64,000 nt of DNA from Parachlamydiales bacterium (GTDB taxonomy: Bacteria > Chlamydiota > Chlamydiia > Chlamydiales > Rhabdochlamydiaceae). Position numbers and translations under genes: made by a program. Of the stretch, positions 1 through 9,700 are shown piece after piece. Each line of letters begins with the position of its first letter. Within the stretch, counting starts at the first letter, position 1. The notes below the pieces were generated by a model. It had not been told where the DNA came from. It did no database searches and worked only from the letters and a program-made list of their open reading frames with translations. Location of the stretch: contig CANJJB010000002.1 of the NCBI GenBank assembly GCA_947474635.1, forward strand, positions 6,533-70,532, read 5' to 3'.

Positions 1-1
1 A

Positions 2-484
2 GGGGATAAAGAAGTGATTTTTCTTCTTCAGCGCATGGGAGCAAATATTGCAATTGATAGCGAGAAAAAAACCATCACCGTTTTGAAGGGACACAAGTTG
101 AAGGGAGCTTCTATCGATGTAAATGAATTTATCGATGCTTTGCCACTGCTTGCTGTCATCGGGTGTTTTGCGGAAGGCAAAACAACACTTGTCGGAGGTA
201 AAATTGCTCGTAAAAAAGAATCAGATCGCATTAGCTGCATTGTCTCAGAGCTAAAAAAAATGGGCGCGCATATCGATGAACAAGAAGATGGATTGACTGT
301 TGAGCGCTCCGATTTAAAAGGAGCTCTTTTACAGTCTCATGCCGATCACCGCATGGCAATGTCTCTTGCGGTAGCAAGTTTAGGCGCTAAAGGAGCCTCG
401 ATGATTGAAGGGTCGGAATGTGTTGCTAAAAGCTATAGAGGCTTTTTTGAGCAGCTAAAAGATCTAGGAGCGCAGATTGAATAA
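2..484 (+). CDS. aroA: 3-phosphoshikimate 1-carboxyvinyltransferase (EPSP synthase), C-terminal part; 5' end outside window
   Basis: Frame is open from the window edge to the stop at 482-484. The C-terminal sequence (KESDRI, HADHRMAMSLAVASL) matches the EPSP synthase C-terminal domain. aroK and aroC follow on the same strand. Confidence 0.9.
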   Translation, partial: GDKEVIFLLQRMGANIAIDSEKKTITVLKGHKLKGASIDVNEFIDALPLLAVIGCFAEGKTTLVGGKIARKKESDRISCIVSELKKMGAHIDEQEDGLTVERSDLKGALLQSHADHRMAMSLAVASLGAKGASMIEGSECVAKSYRGFFEQLKDLGAQIE

Positions 485-995
485 TCTCATACTGTGTGGG
501 TTCAAGGGCTGCGGTAAAACAACGCTCGGTAAAGAGCTTGCTAAAAAAATAGGCTATGATTTCATTGACACGGATGATCTTATCGCAGAGGATTGTAAGA
601 GCTTTTACAAAGAGGTAGGAGAAAGCGCTTTTAGGCTAGCTGAAAAAAAAGCAATTGTCACACTTCAGAATGTATCTTACTCCGTCATTGCAACAGGCGG
701 AGGAGCTCTACTTGATCCTGACAATAGAGAGATATTTAAAAAAATCGGCAAAATCATTTACCTCAAAGAAGAGAAAGAAGCCATCAAAGCGCGTCTCTTG
801 AAAAAGCCTTATCCTGCATTTTTTCCAGGAAAAGATATTGAAAGAGAATTTGAGGAGATGTACGCTTACAGGATAGCTATTTATGAGGGACTATGGGAAG
901 TAATTCATTTGGAACTCTCTTGCAGATCACCACATGGGGAGAATCCCATGGAAAGGCTATTGGCGTTGTTATCGATGGATGTCCTGCAGGGCTAG
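477..995 (+). CDS. aroK: shikimate kinase
   Basis: 172 aa with Walker A GFKGCGKTT and the FIDTDD and ATGGGA blocks of shikimate kinase. The ATG overlaps the aroA stop by 8 nt. The stop lies 103 nt inside aroC. Confidence 0.85.
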   Translation: MNNLILCGFKGCGKTTLGKELAKKIGYDFIDTDDLIAEDCKSFYKEVGESAFRLAEKKAIVTLQNVSYSVIATGGGALLDPDNREIFKKIGKIIYLKEEKEAIKARLLKKPYPAFFPGKDIEREFEEMYAYRIAIYEGLWEVIHLELSCRSPHGENPMERLLALLSMDVLQG

Positions 996-1978
996 AGATC
1001 TCTGATGAAGATATTCGAAAAGCACTGAAGAGAAGATCGCCCGGCAATCATCCTCTTACTTCCCCCAGACAAGAACCTGATCTTGCTGAAATCCTCTCAG
1101 GTGTGTTTGAAGGCAAAACAACAGGCGCTCCGATTTCTATTCTCATTCCCAACACCCATGCTGATTCTAGTAAATATGACCTCGTCAAGCATTTGCTAAA
1201 GCCTGGACACGCCAACTACACCTATCTAGAAAAGTACGGGATATTTGATCATAGGGGAGGGGGAAGAGCCTCTGCAAGAGAAACAGCATGCAGAGTGGCA
1301 GCAGGCGCAATTGCCCAAAAGCTTTTAAACCATTTTGGAGTCTCTTGTGTTGCTTATCTTGCGCAAGTTGAAAACATCCATGCAGATGTTGATCTATCTA
1401 ATCTGGATCACATTGCCTCTAGTTCCATTTTTTGCCCAGATCCCCTGAAAGAAGAAGAGATGAAACAAAAAATAGCAGAGGCACAAGAGTCTGGAGATTC
1501 TCTGGGAGCGGTAATTGGTTTTGTAGCGCTAGGGCTTCCAGCAGGACTTGGCGATCCTGTCTATGAAAAACTAGAAGCTAATTTAGCAAAAGCTATGCTC
1601 TCTATTCCAGCTACCAAAGGGTTTGAAATAGGCTCTGGTTTTGCATCTAGCTCCATGCAAGGCTCCTCTCACAATGATGCTTTTTTTTGTGAAGGGGGAA
1701 AGGTAATGACAAGAACCAATCATGCAGGGGGCGTTTTAGGAGGTATTTCTACGGGCATGCCTCTTTTGGGGTCTATCGCATTTAAGCCAACTTCTAGCAT
1801 ATACAAAGAAAAAGAGACGCTTTCTTTAGACAAGCAGCCCAGCGTATTCCATTTGCCTTCCGGATCAAAGCACGACCCCTGCGTGGCAATTAGAGCAGTT
1901 CCTGTTGTGGAAGCGATGCTTGCGCTTGTGCTAGCAGACGCGCTTTTACTCAATCGCTCTAGTAGGCTATTTATTTAA
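893..1978 (+). CDS. aroC: chorismate synthase
   Basis: 361 aa. N-terminal LQITTWGESHG and internal GGGRASARETA are chorismate synthase signatures. Confidence 0.95.
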   Translation: MGSNSFGTLLQITTWGESHGKAIGVVIDGCPAGLEISDEDIRKALKRRSPGNHPLTSPRQEPDLAEILSGVFEGKTTGAPISILIPNTHADSSKYDLVKHLLKPGHANYTYLEKYGIFDHRGGGRASARETACRVAAGAIAQKLLNHFGVSCVAYLAQVENIHADVDLSNLDHIASSSIFCPDPLKEEEMKQKIAEAQESGDSLGAVIGFVALGLPAGLGDPVYEKLEANLAKAMLSIPATKGFEIGSGFASSSMQGSSHNDAFFCEGGKVMTRTNHAGGVLGGISTGMPLLGSIAFKPTSSIYKEKETLSLDKQPSVFHLPSGSKHDPCVAIRAVPVVEAMLALVLADALLLNRSSRLFI

Positions 1979-1982
1979 AGCC

Positions 1983-2050
1983 TTCATCTCATTGACGGCA
2001 CGGAAACCCAGGTCTAAAGACCTGGGTTTCCGTGCCGTCAATGAGATGAA
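1983..2050. terminator. perfect 32-bp stem / 4-nt loop hairpin between convergent genes (probable bidirectional terminator)
   Basis: 1983-2014 is the exact reverse complement of 2019-2050, with loop TAAA. It sits between the stops at 1978 (+) and 2059 (-). Confidence 0.65.
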
Positions 2051-2058
2051 AAGAACTT

Positions 2059-3792
2059 TTATAATTTTTTTGTTAATTCGTATAGTTGTGTTCCTAGATC
2101 TCTTTTTTCTAGCTCTGTTAATCCTTTTATGTAGGCGTTGATCGTTAAGATTTTTTTTCCATTAATGTTGATTTTTTTTTGAAATTCGGGACCAAACTCT
2201 GTAGCTTCTTCTTCTGTACAATAATACTGTCCATCCGCTTTTTCATAATCTGCATAATGTTCAAAAACAAGTGTTTTTTCTTGCTCTAGGTTGATTATTC
2301 TTCTTGATAAATCACCTACTGTAATTTTATAGGTCGAGCAAAACCCATTGTCGTATAGTTTTTTGGCTAATTTGTTCATGATCTTGCTTTCTGCAACCTT
2401 GTATAGTTCGGTTGTCATGTTTAGTTCCCAAGTTTCTTGGTAATCAGCGTTTGTAATTGCTTGGTATGTGTTTAGAGGAAATAACCTTCTCATAGCGTTG
2501 AGCTCTTGATCGAAGACTGCAATGAAGAACTTATCTGTATCAGGTAGAGAGCGCTCAAGATCAGAGTCTCTAAAGGCTGGATGCTCCATGTCGATGATTC
2601 TTTCATAGAACTCATTTAAAAATTTTTTCATATCCTCATCCTTTTCCTCCTTCATGAGTTCTAAGACTCTATCTGAACATTGAATAAATGCTTTTCTCCA
2701 TTGCTCAGGGACACTATTAGCAAGTACGCTGTGATAAAAATCGTGGTAGATAAAATCGATAGCAAAGGGCGCTGACATTAAATCTGCCTTTTTAGGAAGT
2801 TTAACTCCAGGAAAGGGAAGAGCCATCTCCCGCGTGCTCTTAAGTCCATTTGCTCTAATATCTTCTCTTTCAGAGAGGCCAATGACAGGGGTAATTTGAA
2901 TGGTTGTCTTTTTTTCATGAGCCTCCAATAGGGCCTGCATCATGCCAAGAGAGGGGATCATCCGATATAACGCGCCCGAAGAAGAAAACTGGTGTAAAAC
3001 GTTAAAGTGCGCTAATTGGGTAATTACGCTACAAATGGTATCTTCATAATCTGCTAAAAACTCTTCTTTTGGCTTTCCGGTAGCATGAGCCTCCTCTTCT
3101 GCTCTTTTTTCGTCGAGCTTTGCTTTAGCATCAGAATAGGCATTTTGTGAAATATAGAGAAATGACTGTTCTGATTTAGGTTTTTTTCTCATTATGGCAA
3201 AAAATAGTTCTACCTGGGAATTCAGATTAGATATGTCACCCAGCTCATTTCCAATGGTTGCCATGATCCATTCTTTGACCTTTTGATTCGCTCTTCCATT
3301 TGCATCAAAAAGCGGCTGCACGACGATCTTGCCAGGAGGCAATTCGGAGAAGGCCGACCAATAGATCAAAAGCGTGCTAAATTGCTCGCCTGTTATCTTT
3401 AGATTGTCAGGAACTTCTTTAATTGTAGAATTGTGAAATGCTTGAAGAGCATATAGAGGAAGCATTTCCAAGGCATCTTTTTGCAATATTTTAGTCCAAT
3501 TTCCCTCAGAAAGATCTTGGCAGAGAGTTTCAATTTCTTTTTCTTTTCCTTCTGTCCGTTTTAATAATTCTTCACGCCCAGGCAAATAACGCGTAATGTG
3601 CTCAAAAGAATTGATATCGGTATTTTGCGAGGAGGCATTTAGGATCTCATGAGCGCTTGTTTCTATAGAATTTTGCAAAATAGGTAGTGCGACTGCATGA
3701 ATTTTATGGTCTTCGGGATTTAAATTAGAAGTGGGTGATGGCGTAGGAGTATGATTTTTTGCGAAATTAATATTAGGATCGAAATCTGACAT
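2059..3792 (-). CDS. hypothetical protein, 577 aa
   Basis: Long uninterrupted ORF. No signal peptide and no motif I recognise. Confidence 0.6.
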   Translation of the reverse strand: MSDFDPNINFAKNHTPTPSPTSNLNPEDHKIHAVALPILQNSIETSAHEILNASSQNTDINSFEHITRYLPGREELLKRTEGKEKEIETLCQDLSEGNWTKILQKDALEMLPLYALQAFHNSTIKEVPDNLKITGEQFSTLLIYWSAFSELPPGKIVVQPLFDANGRANQKVKEWIMATIGNELGDISNLNSQVELFFAIMRKKPKSEQSFLYISQNAYSDAKAKLDEKRAEEEAHATGKPKEEFLADYEDTICSVITQLAHFNVLHQFSSSGALYRMIPSLGMMQALLEAHEKKTTIQITPVIGLSEREDIRANGLKSTREMALPFPGVKLPKKADLMSAPFAIDFIYHDFYHSVLANSVPEQWRKAFIQCSDRVLELMKEEKDEDMKKFLNEFYERIIDMEHPAFRDSDLERSLPDTDKFFIAVFDQELNAMRRLFPLNTYQAITNADYQETWELNMTTELYKVAESKIMNKLAKKLYDNGFCSTYKITVGDLSRRIINLEQEKTLVFEHYADYEKADGQYYCTEEEATEFGPEFQKKININGKKILTINAYIKGLTELEKRDLGTQLYELTKKL

Positions 3793-3935
3793 ATAACAAC
3801 AATTAATAATAGTGATGTTAATTTCACATCTATCATTGCGCGTAATTATATGTACAATTATTTATAAACAAAAATAGATTGTCTCTATTTTTGTAAATGG
3901 TATAAAATGGAAATTAGGAGCATCTCTAACGGCTT

Positions 3936-4262
3936 TTAATCACAGTGAGCGAGCTTTAAGCCAATGATGCCAATGATGATCAAGAAAATAGAAATGAGTC
4001 TGATGATGTGATAAGAGTCTCCGAAGAGAAGTATGCCTGTTACAACAGTTCCTGCAGCTCCAATACCTGCCCATACAGCGTAAGCTGTTCCAATCGGGAT
4101 TGTTTTCATCGATTGGGACACGGCAAAGAAGCTAAGAACGATAAAGATAACCGTGATGATGCTGGGAATAAGTTTGCTAAATCCATGGCTGTACTTTAAA
4201 GCGATTGTAAAACAGATCTCAAAAAAACCAGCAAGCAAAAGAAATATCCAAGCAAGTGACAT
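3936..4262 (-). CDS. sugE: SMR-family small multidrug/guanidinium exporter (SugE-like)
   Basis: 108 aa with four TM helices and a membrane-embedded Glu in TM1 (GFFEICF). Length and layout are typical of the SMR family. Confidence 0.85.
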   Translation of the reverse strand: MSLAWIFLLLAGFFEICFTIALKYSHGFSKLIPSIITVIFIVLSFFAVSQSMKTIPIGTAYAVWAGIGAAGTVVTGILLFGDSYHIIRLISIFLIIIGIIGLKLAHCD

Positions 4263-4297
4263 AAACCCTCTCTTCTTCTGAATATACGGCTCTATTT

Positions 4298-5857
4298 TTA
4301 AATGTCAACGGTGTAATTTGTGATAAGTTTGGTGTAGGCAGAGACTTGGTTTTTTTGCCAAGCGGCGCTTTTTTTTAGTTCTTTAGCCATTAATTTAGCG
4401 ACAAGAGGAGCCGCCTTAAGGCTAGCTTTAGCATTGAGTAAAAGAGAGCGCGTGCGTCTTGCTAGCACATCTTCTACACTTCTTGCCATCTCATGTCTGA
4501 CAGACCATATGACTTCAGCTTGGTAATAAGGAAGAGAAGGATGGATTTTTTGTCTTAATGATTTAGATGTGCGCATCAAAGCTTTGATCTCTTTTGCATG
4601 GAAGCCATAAGTGGAAAAATGTGCAGTGGGCCTAAGCTTTTCTTGATAGCCATGTAGGGGAAGCGTTTTTGTCTCGCAGGGTCTATGGGAAAGGTGTCCT
4701 GTGTGAATGGCTTGATTGATGACGTCTTCTGCCATTTGTCTATACGTTGTCCACTTGCCTCCAGTGATCGTAATGAGTTTCGATTTAGAAACTAAAATCG
4801 TATGATCACGGGATATCTCTTTTGTATCATTGCTATCACCACTTTTAACAAGAGGGCGCAGGCCTGCAAAAACGCTCAGGATGTCTTTTCTAGTAGGCGC
4901 TTTTGAAAGGTATTTAGCTGCATGTTTAAGAAGAAAGTCGATCTCTTTTTTTTGCGCTTTAGGCTCAAGGGAAGGCTTTGATACTGCAGTATCAGTTGTT
5001 CCTAAGATCACGCGATTGTGCCAAGGAACAAAAAAGATCACCCGTCCGTCGTCTGTGTGGGGAATGAGCATGGCACTTTTGCCTGGCATGAAGGCTTTTG
5101 GTAAAACAATATGGATGCCTTGGCTGGGACTAATGATGTTTTTTACTTGGGGCTTATCCATTTGACAGAGGTGATCAGAAAAAACGCCTGTTGCGTTGAT
5201 CACAACTTTAGCTCTTAAGGTCAAATGCTTGCCTGTTTCTATATTTTTTGCTTTGATGCCACAGATCGTGCCGTTTTTTTTAATGAGGGATGTACACTGC
5301 ATGTAATTGAGTAGGGTAGCTTCGTGATCATGGGCTGTTTGTGCAAGAGCAATTGCTAGGCGAGAGTCATCAAATTGCCCATCGTAGTAAATGGTGCCGC
5401 CTCTTAGATCTTTTTTTTCTAAAGTAGGTATGGCTAAAAGGGTTTGTTTTCTTGTGAGGTGTTTTGATTTTTCTATTCCTAGTTTGCCAGCTAAGAGATC
5501 GTAGATCTTAAAGCCAACTCCATAAAAAGGGCCTTCCCACCATTTGTAGCTCGGAACAAGAAAGGGGAGGTGGTGGATCAGGTGGGGCGCATTTTCACAG
5601 AGGTAGCCCCTTTCATGGAGAGCTTCTGTTACAAGAGCAATATTGCCTTGCTGCAAGTATCTTACGCCGCCGTGGATGAGTTTTGTACTTCTGCTCGATG
5701 TTCCCTTAGCAAAATCTGATTGTTCTATGAGGAGAGTTTTAAAGCCTCTTGAGGCTGCATCAACAGCTGCTCCCAGGCCTGTAGCGCCGCCTCCAACGAT
5801 GAGGATGTCCCATTCTGCTTGTTTTTCTAAGGAAGAGAGCATTTCATCTCTTTTCAT
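4298..5857 (-). CDS. glpD: FAD-dependent glycerol-3-phosphate dehydrogenase
   Basis: 519 aa with N-terminal FAD fold [15 protein letters not shown] and similarity to GlpD along its length. Overlaps the glpK stop by 4 nt. Confidence 0.9.
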   Translation of the reverse strand: MKRDEMLSSLEKQAEWDILIVGGGATGLGAAVDAASRGFKTLLIEQSDFAKGTSSRSTKLIHGGVRYLQQGNIALVTEALHERGYLCENAPHLIHHLPFLVPSYKWWEGPFYGVGFKIYDLLAGKLGIEKSKHLTRKQTLLAIPTLEKKDLRGGTIYYDGQFDDSRLAIALAQTAHDHEATLLNYMQCTSLIKKNGTICGIKAKNIETGKHLTLRAKVVINATGVFSDHLCQMDKPQVKNIISPSQGIHIVLPKAFMPGKSAMLIPHTDDGRVIFFVPWHNRVILGTTDTAVSKPSLEPKAQKKEIDFLLKHAAKYLSKAPTRKDILSVFAGLRPLVKSGDSNDTKEISRDHTILVSKSKLITITGGKWTTYRQMAEDVINQAIHTGHLSHRPCETKTLPLHGYQEKLRPTAHFSTYGFHAKEIKALMRTSKSLRQKIHPSLPYYQAEVIWSVRHEMARSVEDVLARRTRSLLLNAKASLKAAPLVAKLMAKELKKSAAWQKNQVSAYTKLITNYTVDI

Positions 5858-7347
5858 CTTTTATCTTCCCAAAGCTGCGCGCATCTTAAAGCTTTATTCC
5901 AGTCACGTCTAAGCTCTAGCACTTTGTCAGTTTTCATCTGAGGCTCAAATTTATTATCCTCTTGCCAGTAGGAAGTGATTTCTTCTTCATTTTTCCAAAA
6001 GCCGACCGCAAGACCTGCAAGGTAAGCTGCGCCGAGCGCTGTGAGCTCTGTAATTTTAGGGCGTATGACCGGCGCTCCTAAAAGATCTGCTTGAAACTGC
6101 ATCAAGAGATTATCGACAACAGCTCCTCCATCGACTCTGACTTCTGCAATCTTAATGCCCGCATCAGCTTCCATCGCTTTTAAGACATCGGTTACCTGAT
6201 AGGCAATTGCATCAAGAGCTGCCCTGGCAATATGGGCTTTTGTTGTACCTCTTGTCATGCCGACAATGGCGCCTCGTGCGTAAGGGTCCCAGTGGGGAGC
6301 GCCAAGACCTGTAAAAGCGGGAACAAAATAGACGCCCCCTGAATCTGGAACGCTTTTAGCAAGGGCTTCTACCTCGGCAGATGATTTGATGATTTTTAAT
6401 CCATCTCTTAGCCACTGAACGACAGCGCCTGCAATAAATACGCTACCTTCTAGGGCGTAGAAAGTTTCTCCGCGAATTTTGTAGGCAATGGTCGTTAAGA
6501 GCTTATTTTTTGACAGGACAGGACTTTTTCCTGTATTCATCAAAAGAAAGCTTCCAGTTCCATACGTTGCTTTAACCATGCCTGCTTTAAAGCATGTCTG
6601 ACCAAAAAGAGCTGCCTGCTGATCGCCTGCAACTCCTGAAATAGGAATAGAATGACGAAAAGCTGCAGGGCTTGTATGCCCAAAGACTTCACTTGAGCTT
6701 TTGACTTCTGGCAGAAGTGATTTGGGGATGTCTAATATTGTTAAAAGCTCTTCATCCCACATGCACGTATGAATATTGAACATGAGCGTTCTTGAAGCGT
6801 TTGTGACATCTGTGAGATGCTTTTCCCCGTTTGTTAATTTCCAGATGAGCCATGAGTCAACTGTGCCAAAAGCAAGTTCCCCTTTTTTAGCTCTATCCAT
6901 TGCACCTGGAACATTTTTCAAGATCCAGTGGAGTTTTGTTCCTGAAAAGTAAGGATCCAGAAGAAGACCCGTTCTTTCTCGAAAAAGCGACTCCATCCCT
7001 TTATTTTTCAGTTCTTGGCAGAGACTTGTTGTGCGTCTATCTTGCCAGACAATTGCGTTGTAAACAGGTTTACCTGTTTTTCTATCCCAGACAATGGTTG
7101 TCTCTCTTTGGTTTGTGATTCCAATTGCTGCAATTTCTTCCGGAGTAATAAAGCCTTTAGCGAGTACTTCTGCAATCACAGAGGCTTGAGAAGACCAGAT
7201 TTCATTAGGATCGTGTTCAACCCATCCTGGCTGAGGAAAAATTTGCTGAAACTCTTTTTGGGCAGAGGTGTGGATCAGTCCATTTTTATCCACCAAAACA
7301 GCGCGCGAGCTTGTCGTGCCTTGATCTAAAGCTAATATATAGTTCAT
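5854..7347 (-). CDS. glpK: glycerol kinase
   Basis: 497 aa with FGGY kinase blocks [20 protein letters not shown] and TYGTGSF. Confidence 0.95.
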   Translation of the reverse strand: MNYILALDQGTTSSRAVLVDKNGLIHTSAQKEFQQIFPQPGWVEHDPNEIWSSQASVIAEVLAKGFITPEEIAAIGITNQRETTIVWDRKTGKPVYNAIVWQDRRTTSLCQELKNKGMESLFRERTGLLLDPYFSGTKLHWILKNVPGAMDRAKKGELAFGTVDSWLIWKLTNGEKHLTDVTNASRTLMFNIHTCMWDEELLTILDIPKSLLPEVKSSSEVFGHTSPAAFRHSIPISGVAGDQQAALFGQTCFKAGMVKATYGTGSFLLMNTGKSPVLSKNKLLTTIAYKIRGETFYALEGSVFIAGAVVQWLRDGLKIIKSSAEVEALAKSVPDSGGVYFVPAFTGLGAPHWDPYARGAIVGMTRGTTKAHIARAALDAIAYQVTDVLKAMEADAGIKIAEVRVDGGAVVDNLLMQFQADLLGAPVIRPKITELTALGAAYLAGLAVGFWKNEEEITSYWQEDNKFEPQMKTDKVLELRRDWNKALRCAQLWEDKR

Positions 7348-7429
7348 AGCTATGTCCTTATCTTTTTATACTTTTGGATGTCAACAAATTTCTGATCTGG
7401 TATACATTTCTTTTAAAGGAGAAATATTT

Positions 7430-8161
7430 ATGGATATTTTTTGGGCAGAACTTATTGGCACGATGCTTTTAGTTTTACTAGGTAATGGAGCTGTTGCAAC
7501 CGTTCTATTAGGAAAAAGTAAGGGGCAACACGGCGGATGGATTGTGATTACAGCAGGCTGGGGCTTTGCCGTTGCTATTGCTGTCTATGTCACAGGTTGG
7601 GTCTCTGGCGGGCATCTTAATCCTGCGGTCACGCTCGGCTTTTGCCTTGCAAAAAAAACAGCGTGGAGCCTTTTTCCGATGTACCTATCAGGACAACTCC
7701 TCGGCGGCTTTATTGGAGCGCTTCTCGTCTTTTTTGCCTACTATCCTCACTGGCAAAAAACGCCCGATCCTCATACTAAATTACTCTGCTTTGCAACGCA
7801 TCCTGCGATCCGTTCTTACTTTTGGAACTTCATCTGCGAAGTGATTGGAACAGCAGTTTTGATCATCGGCGTTTTGGGGATATTCAACGCACATAACGGC
7901 ATCATGGCTGGTATGGGGCCTTACGCTGTAGGTATTCTGATCTTTAGTATTGGTCTTTCTTTAGGCGGTCCCACAGGTTATGCAATTAACCCAGCAAGGG
8001 ATTTTGCTCCCCGCATTGCCTACAGTCTTTTGCCGATTAGAGGTAAGGGGACATCTGACTGGGCGTATGCGTGGGTTCCTATTTGTGGTCCCTTAGTAGG
8101 ATCTGCGATAGGTGCATGGATATACACCTCTTTTATCAGCGGATTTTTGCCTTTGGGATAG
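7430..8161 (+). CDS. glpF: glycerol uptake facilitator (MIP/aquaglyceroporin)
   Basis: Two NPA boxes (HLNPAVT, INPARD). Start set at ATG 7430, preceded by AAGGAG at 7416-7421. The ORF-track start at 7352 adds a non-homologous extension. Confidence 0.9.
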   Translation: MDIFWAELIGTMLLVLLGNGAVATVLLGKSKGQHGGWIVITAGWGFAVAIAVYVTGWVSGGHLNPAVTLGFCLAKKTAWSLFPMYLSGQLLGGFIGALLVFFAYYPHWQKTPDPHTKLLCFATHPAIRSYFWNFICEVIGTAVLIIGVLGIFNAHNGIMAGMGPYAVGILIFSIGLSLGGPTGYAINPARDFAPRIAYSLLPIRGKGTSDWAYAWVPICGPLVGSAIGAWIYTSFISGFLPLG

Positions 8162-8165
8162 AGTT

Positions 8166-8765
8166 CTATTCTGAAAAAAGATGGCGAGCTACGACTTGCG
8201 TAACAACTCCTATGATGAGCAGTCCCACGACTCTCAATGAATCTTCTTCCATGACTATTGGGTAGAATGTTCTACTAAAAAAGGTTCGTTCCCTCTCTTC
8301 CCTAGGTGTTTTAGAATCTGGGTAAAAGTTTTTTAAAATTGGAAATTGTTCGATAATAGCACTGCCTAGATGCCCTTTAAATTGTGTGATAAGAGTATTG
8401 CCTACCAGGACTGTGCAGATAGTATATTTTAACAGGGGATTCAAAACGGAATTGAAAAAAGATTTTTCCGTTAACAACACGTCTGATATTGTGCAAAAAA
8501 AGCCGATAGCTACACCGGTGGTCTTGAAGACTTGATGCCGCGCCTCATTACTTTTTTGTGCCATAGACATATCGAATGCATAAGCTAGAAAGTAAGCAAC
8601 CGTTCCATGAAAAGCTCCTACCTTATAGAGAGTAGAGGTAGCAAGGCTAGCGCCTCTAATAGTGTTTAATGCTAAAAAATGTACTACGCTCCCAATACCA
8701 CTTATGACCTCAGCAGCTTGTGGAAGCCTCATTGCGCCCCCGGCATATATTGTCACATTTTCCAT
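8166..8765 (-). CDS. Gly/Ala-rich multi-pass membrane protein, paralog A
   Basis: 199 aa. Shares blocks with 8916-9566: MEN start, TTG[VL]AIG[FV]F..IS, and C-terminal G[IL]L[IL][IV]GVV[TA]Q. Confidence 0.6.
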   Translation of the reverse strand: MENVTIYAGGAMRLPQAAEVISGIGSVVHFLALNTIRGASLATSTLYKVGAFHGTVAYFLAYAFDMSMAQKSNEARHQVFKTTGVAIGFFCTISDVLLTEKSFFNSVLNPLLKYTICTVLVGNTLITQFKGHLGSAIIEQFPILKNFYPDSKTPREERERTFFSRTFYPIVMEEDSLRVVGLLIIGVVTQVVARHLFSE

Positions 8766-8797
8766 ACTAGTCCTTGTTGCTCTGTTAAATTAGGATA

Positions 8798-8828
8798 AAT
8801 TTTACTCTAGATAATAAGTTTTTTACAA
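8798..8828 (-). promoter_or_regulatory. putative sigma70-like promoter for paralog A
   Basis: The minus strand reads TTGTAA-N19-TAAAAT about 30 nt upstream of the ATG. It lies within a block duplicated upstream of paralog B. Confidence 0.3.
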
Positions 8829-8865
8829 CCATATTCCATCCGATATTTTTTTTATCAGCGCAGCA

Positions 8866-8900
8866 CTTGGGGCCACCACCTTGCAGGTGGTGGCCCCAAG
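8866..8900. other. GC-rich 15-bp stem / 5-nt loop hairpin
   Basis: CTTGGGGCCACCACC-TTGCA-GGTGGTGGCCCCAAG, just downstream of the stop at 8916. Confidence 0.5.
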
Positions 8901-8915
8901 CCTTTAGAAAGAGAT

Positions 8916-9566
8916 CTATTTTGAACAGATTGCGTAGTTTGCCATTTGAGCAACAACTCCTACTAAGAGTATTCCCAGTGCTTGTGCGGAAGCTTCATAA
9001 ATCTTTATGTTGTTAGCAAGCCCTATCGAAGGGCTTTTTCCCTCAGAGGCTGATTGCTGAGATCCTAGGTCCCTACTATGCCACACGGCTTTCACGTAAG
9101 CGACACCGTTTGGAAATTGGGAGATAGCTGCACTGCCTACTAGAGCTGCATAACCAAGAAGCGTGAATGGCATATTTAAAGAAGGTGCGTTTGTTGATAA
9201 CATTTTTGAGATTTGAGAAAACACTCCAATAGCTAGGCCTGTAGTTATGAAGACTTCATTCAGTTCATTAAAGCGTTTCGGAGAGTTTCCATTCGGGCCG
9301 TTTCCAGATATCAAATTGACTCCTATTCCCAAGGCTAACCCGCCTATTGTATAAGCAGAGCATTTTGCAAAAACAGTTAATATGCGTCCAGTCAACGCAA
9401 GACCCTCTGCTCCGAAAGCAATACCGCCTGCTGCTAAAGAACATGATTGGTTCCAAAGACCAGTTAAGCCTTGTCTAGTGAGCCTAAGACCGCTTGCTGT
9501 TAAAGAATATGCTCCATTTCCAAAAGCATGATACCCATTTCCTATAGATACTCTGATATTTTCCAT
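8916..9566 (-). CDS. Gly/Ala-rich multi-pass membrane protein, paralog B
   Basis: Start set at ATG 9566 (MENIRV, matching MENVTI of paralog A), with AGGAG at 9572-9576. See paralog A for the shared blocks. Confidence 0.6.
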   Translation of the reverse strand: MENIRVSIGNGYHAFGNGAYSLTASGLRLTRQGLTGLWNQSCSLAAGGIAFGAEGLALTGRILTVFAKCSAYTIGGLALGIGVNLISGNGPNGNSPKRFNELNEVFITTGLAIGVFSQISKMLSTNAPSLNMPFTLLGYAALVGSAAISQFPNGVAYVKAVWHSRDLGSQQSASEGKSPSIGLANNIKIYEASAQALGILLVGVVAQMANYAICSK

Positions 9567-9599
9567 AATAACTCCTATTTTTGTGTTCAATCAGGCTAA

Positions 9600-9629
9600 A
9601 TTTTACCCTAGGTAATAAGTTTTTTACAA
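9600..9629 (-). promoter_or_regulatory. putative sigma70-like promoter for paralog B
   Basis: The minus strand reads TTGTAA-N18-TAAAAT. The surrounding ~48 nt is about 80% identical to the region upstream of paralog A. Confidence 0.3.
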
Positions 9630-9700
9630 TAGAAAATGTATATTATATCGGGTATTTGGTATTATCTCTCCATTCAGCGTTGCATTAAAATATAGAGTAT

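Noticed and set aside
4830-5165. 111-aa plus-strand ORF, and similar ORFs at 4008-4199, 5643-5912, 6900-7118 and 7015-7329
   Set aside because: They lie entirely antisense within the well-supported sugE, glpD and glpK genes. They have low-complexity, atypical composition and no RBS. They are shadow ORFs.
8866-8900. GC-rich hairpin considered as the intrinsic terminator of gene 8916-9566
   Set aside because: On the minus strand the stem is followed by an A-run, not a U-run, and on the plus strand the T-run precedes the stem. The hairpin is real, but the terminator call is not supported, so it is listed only as a structure.
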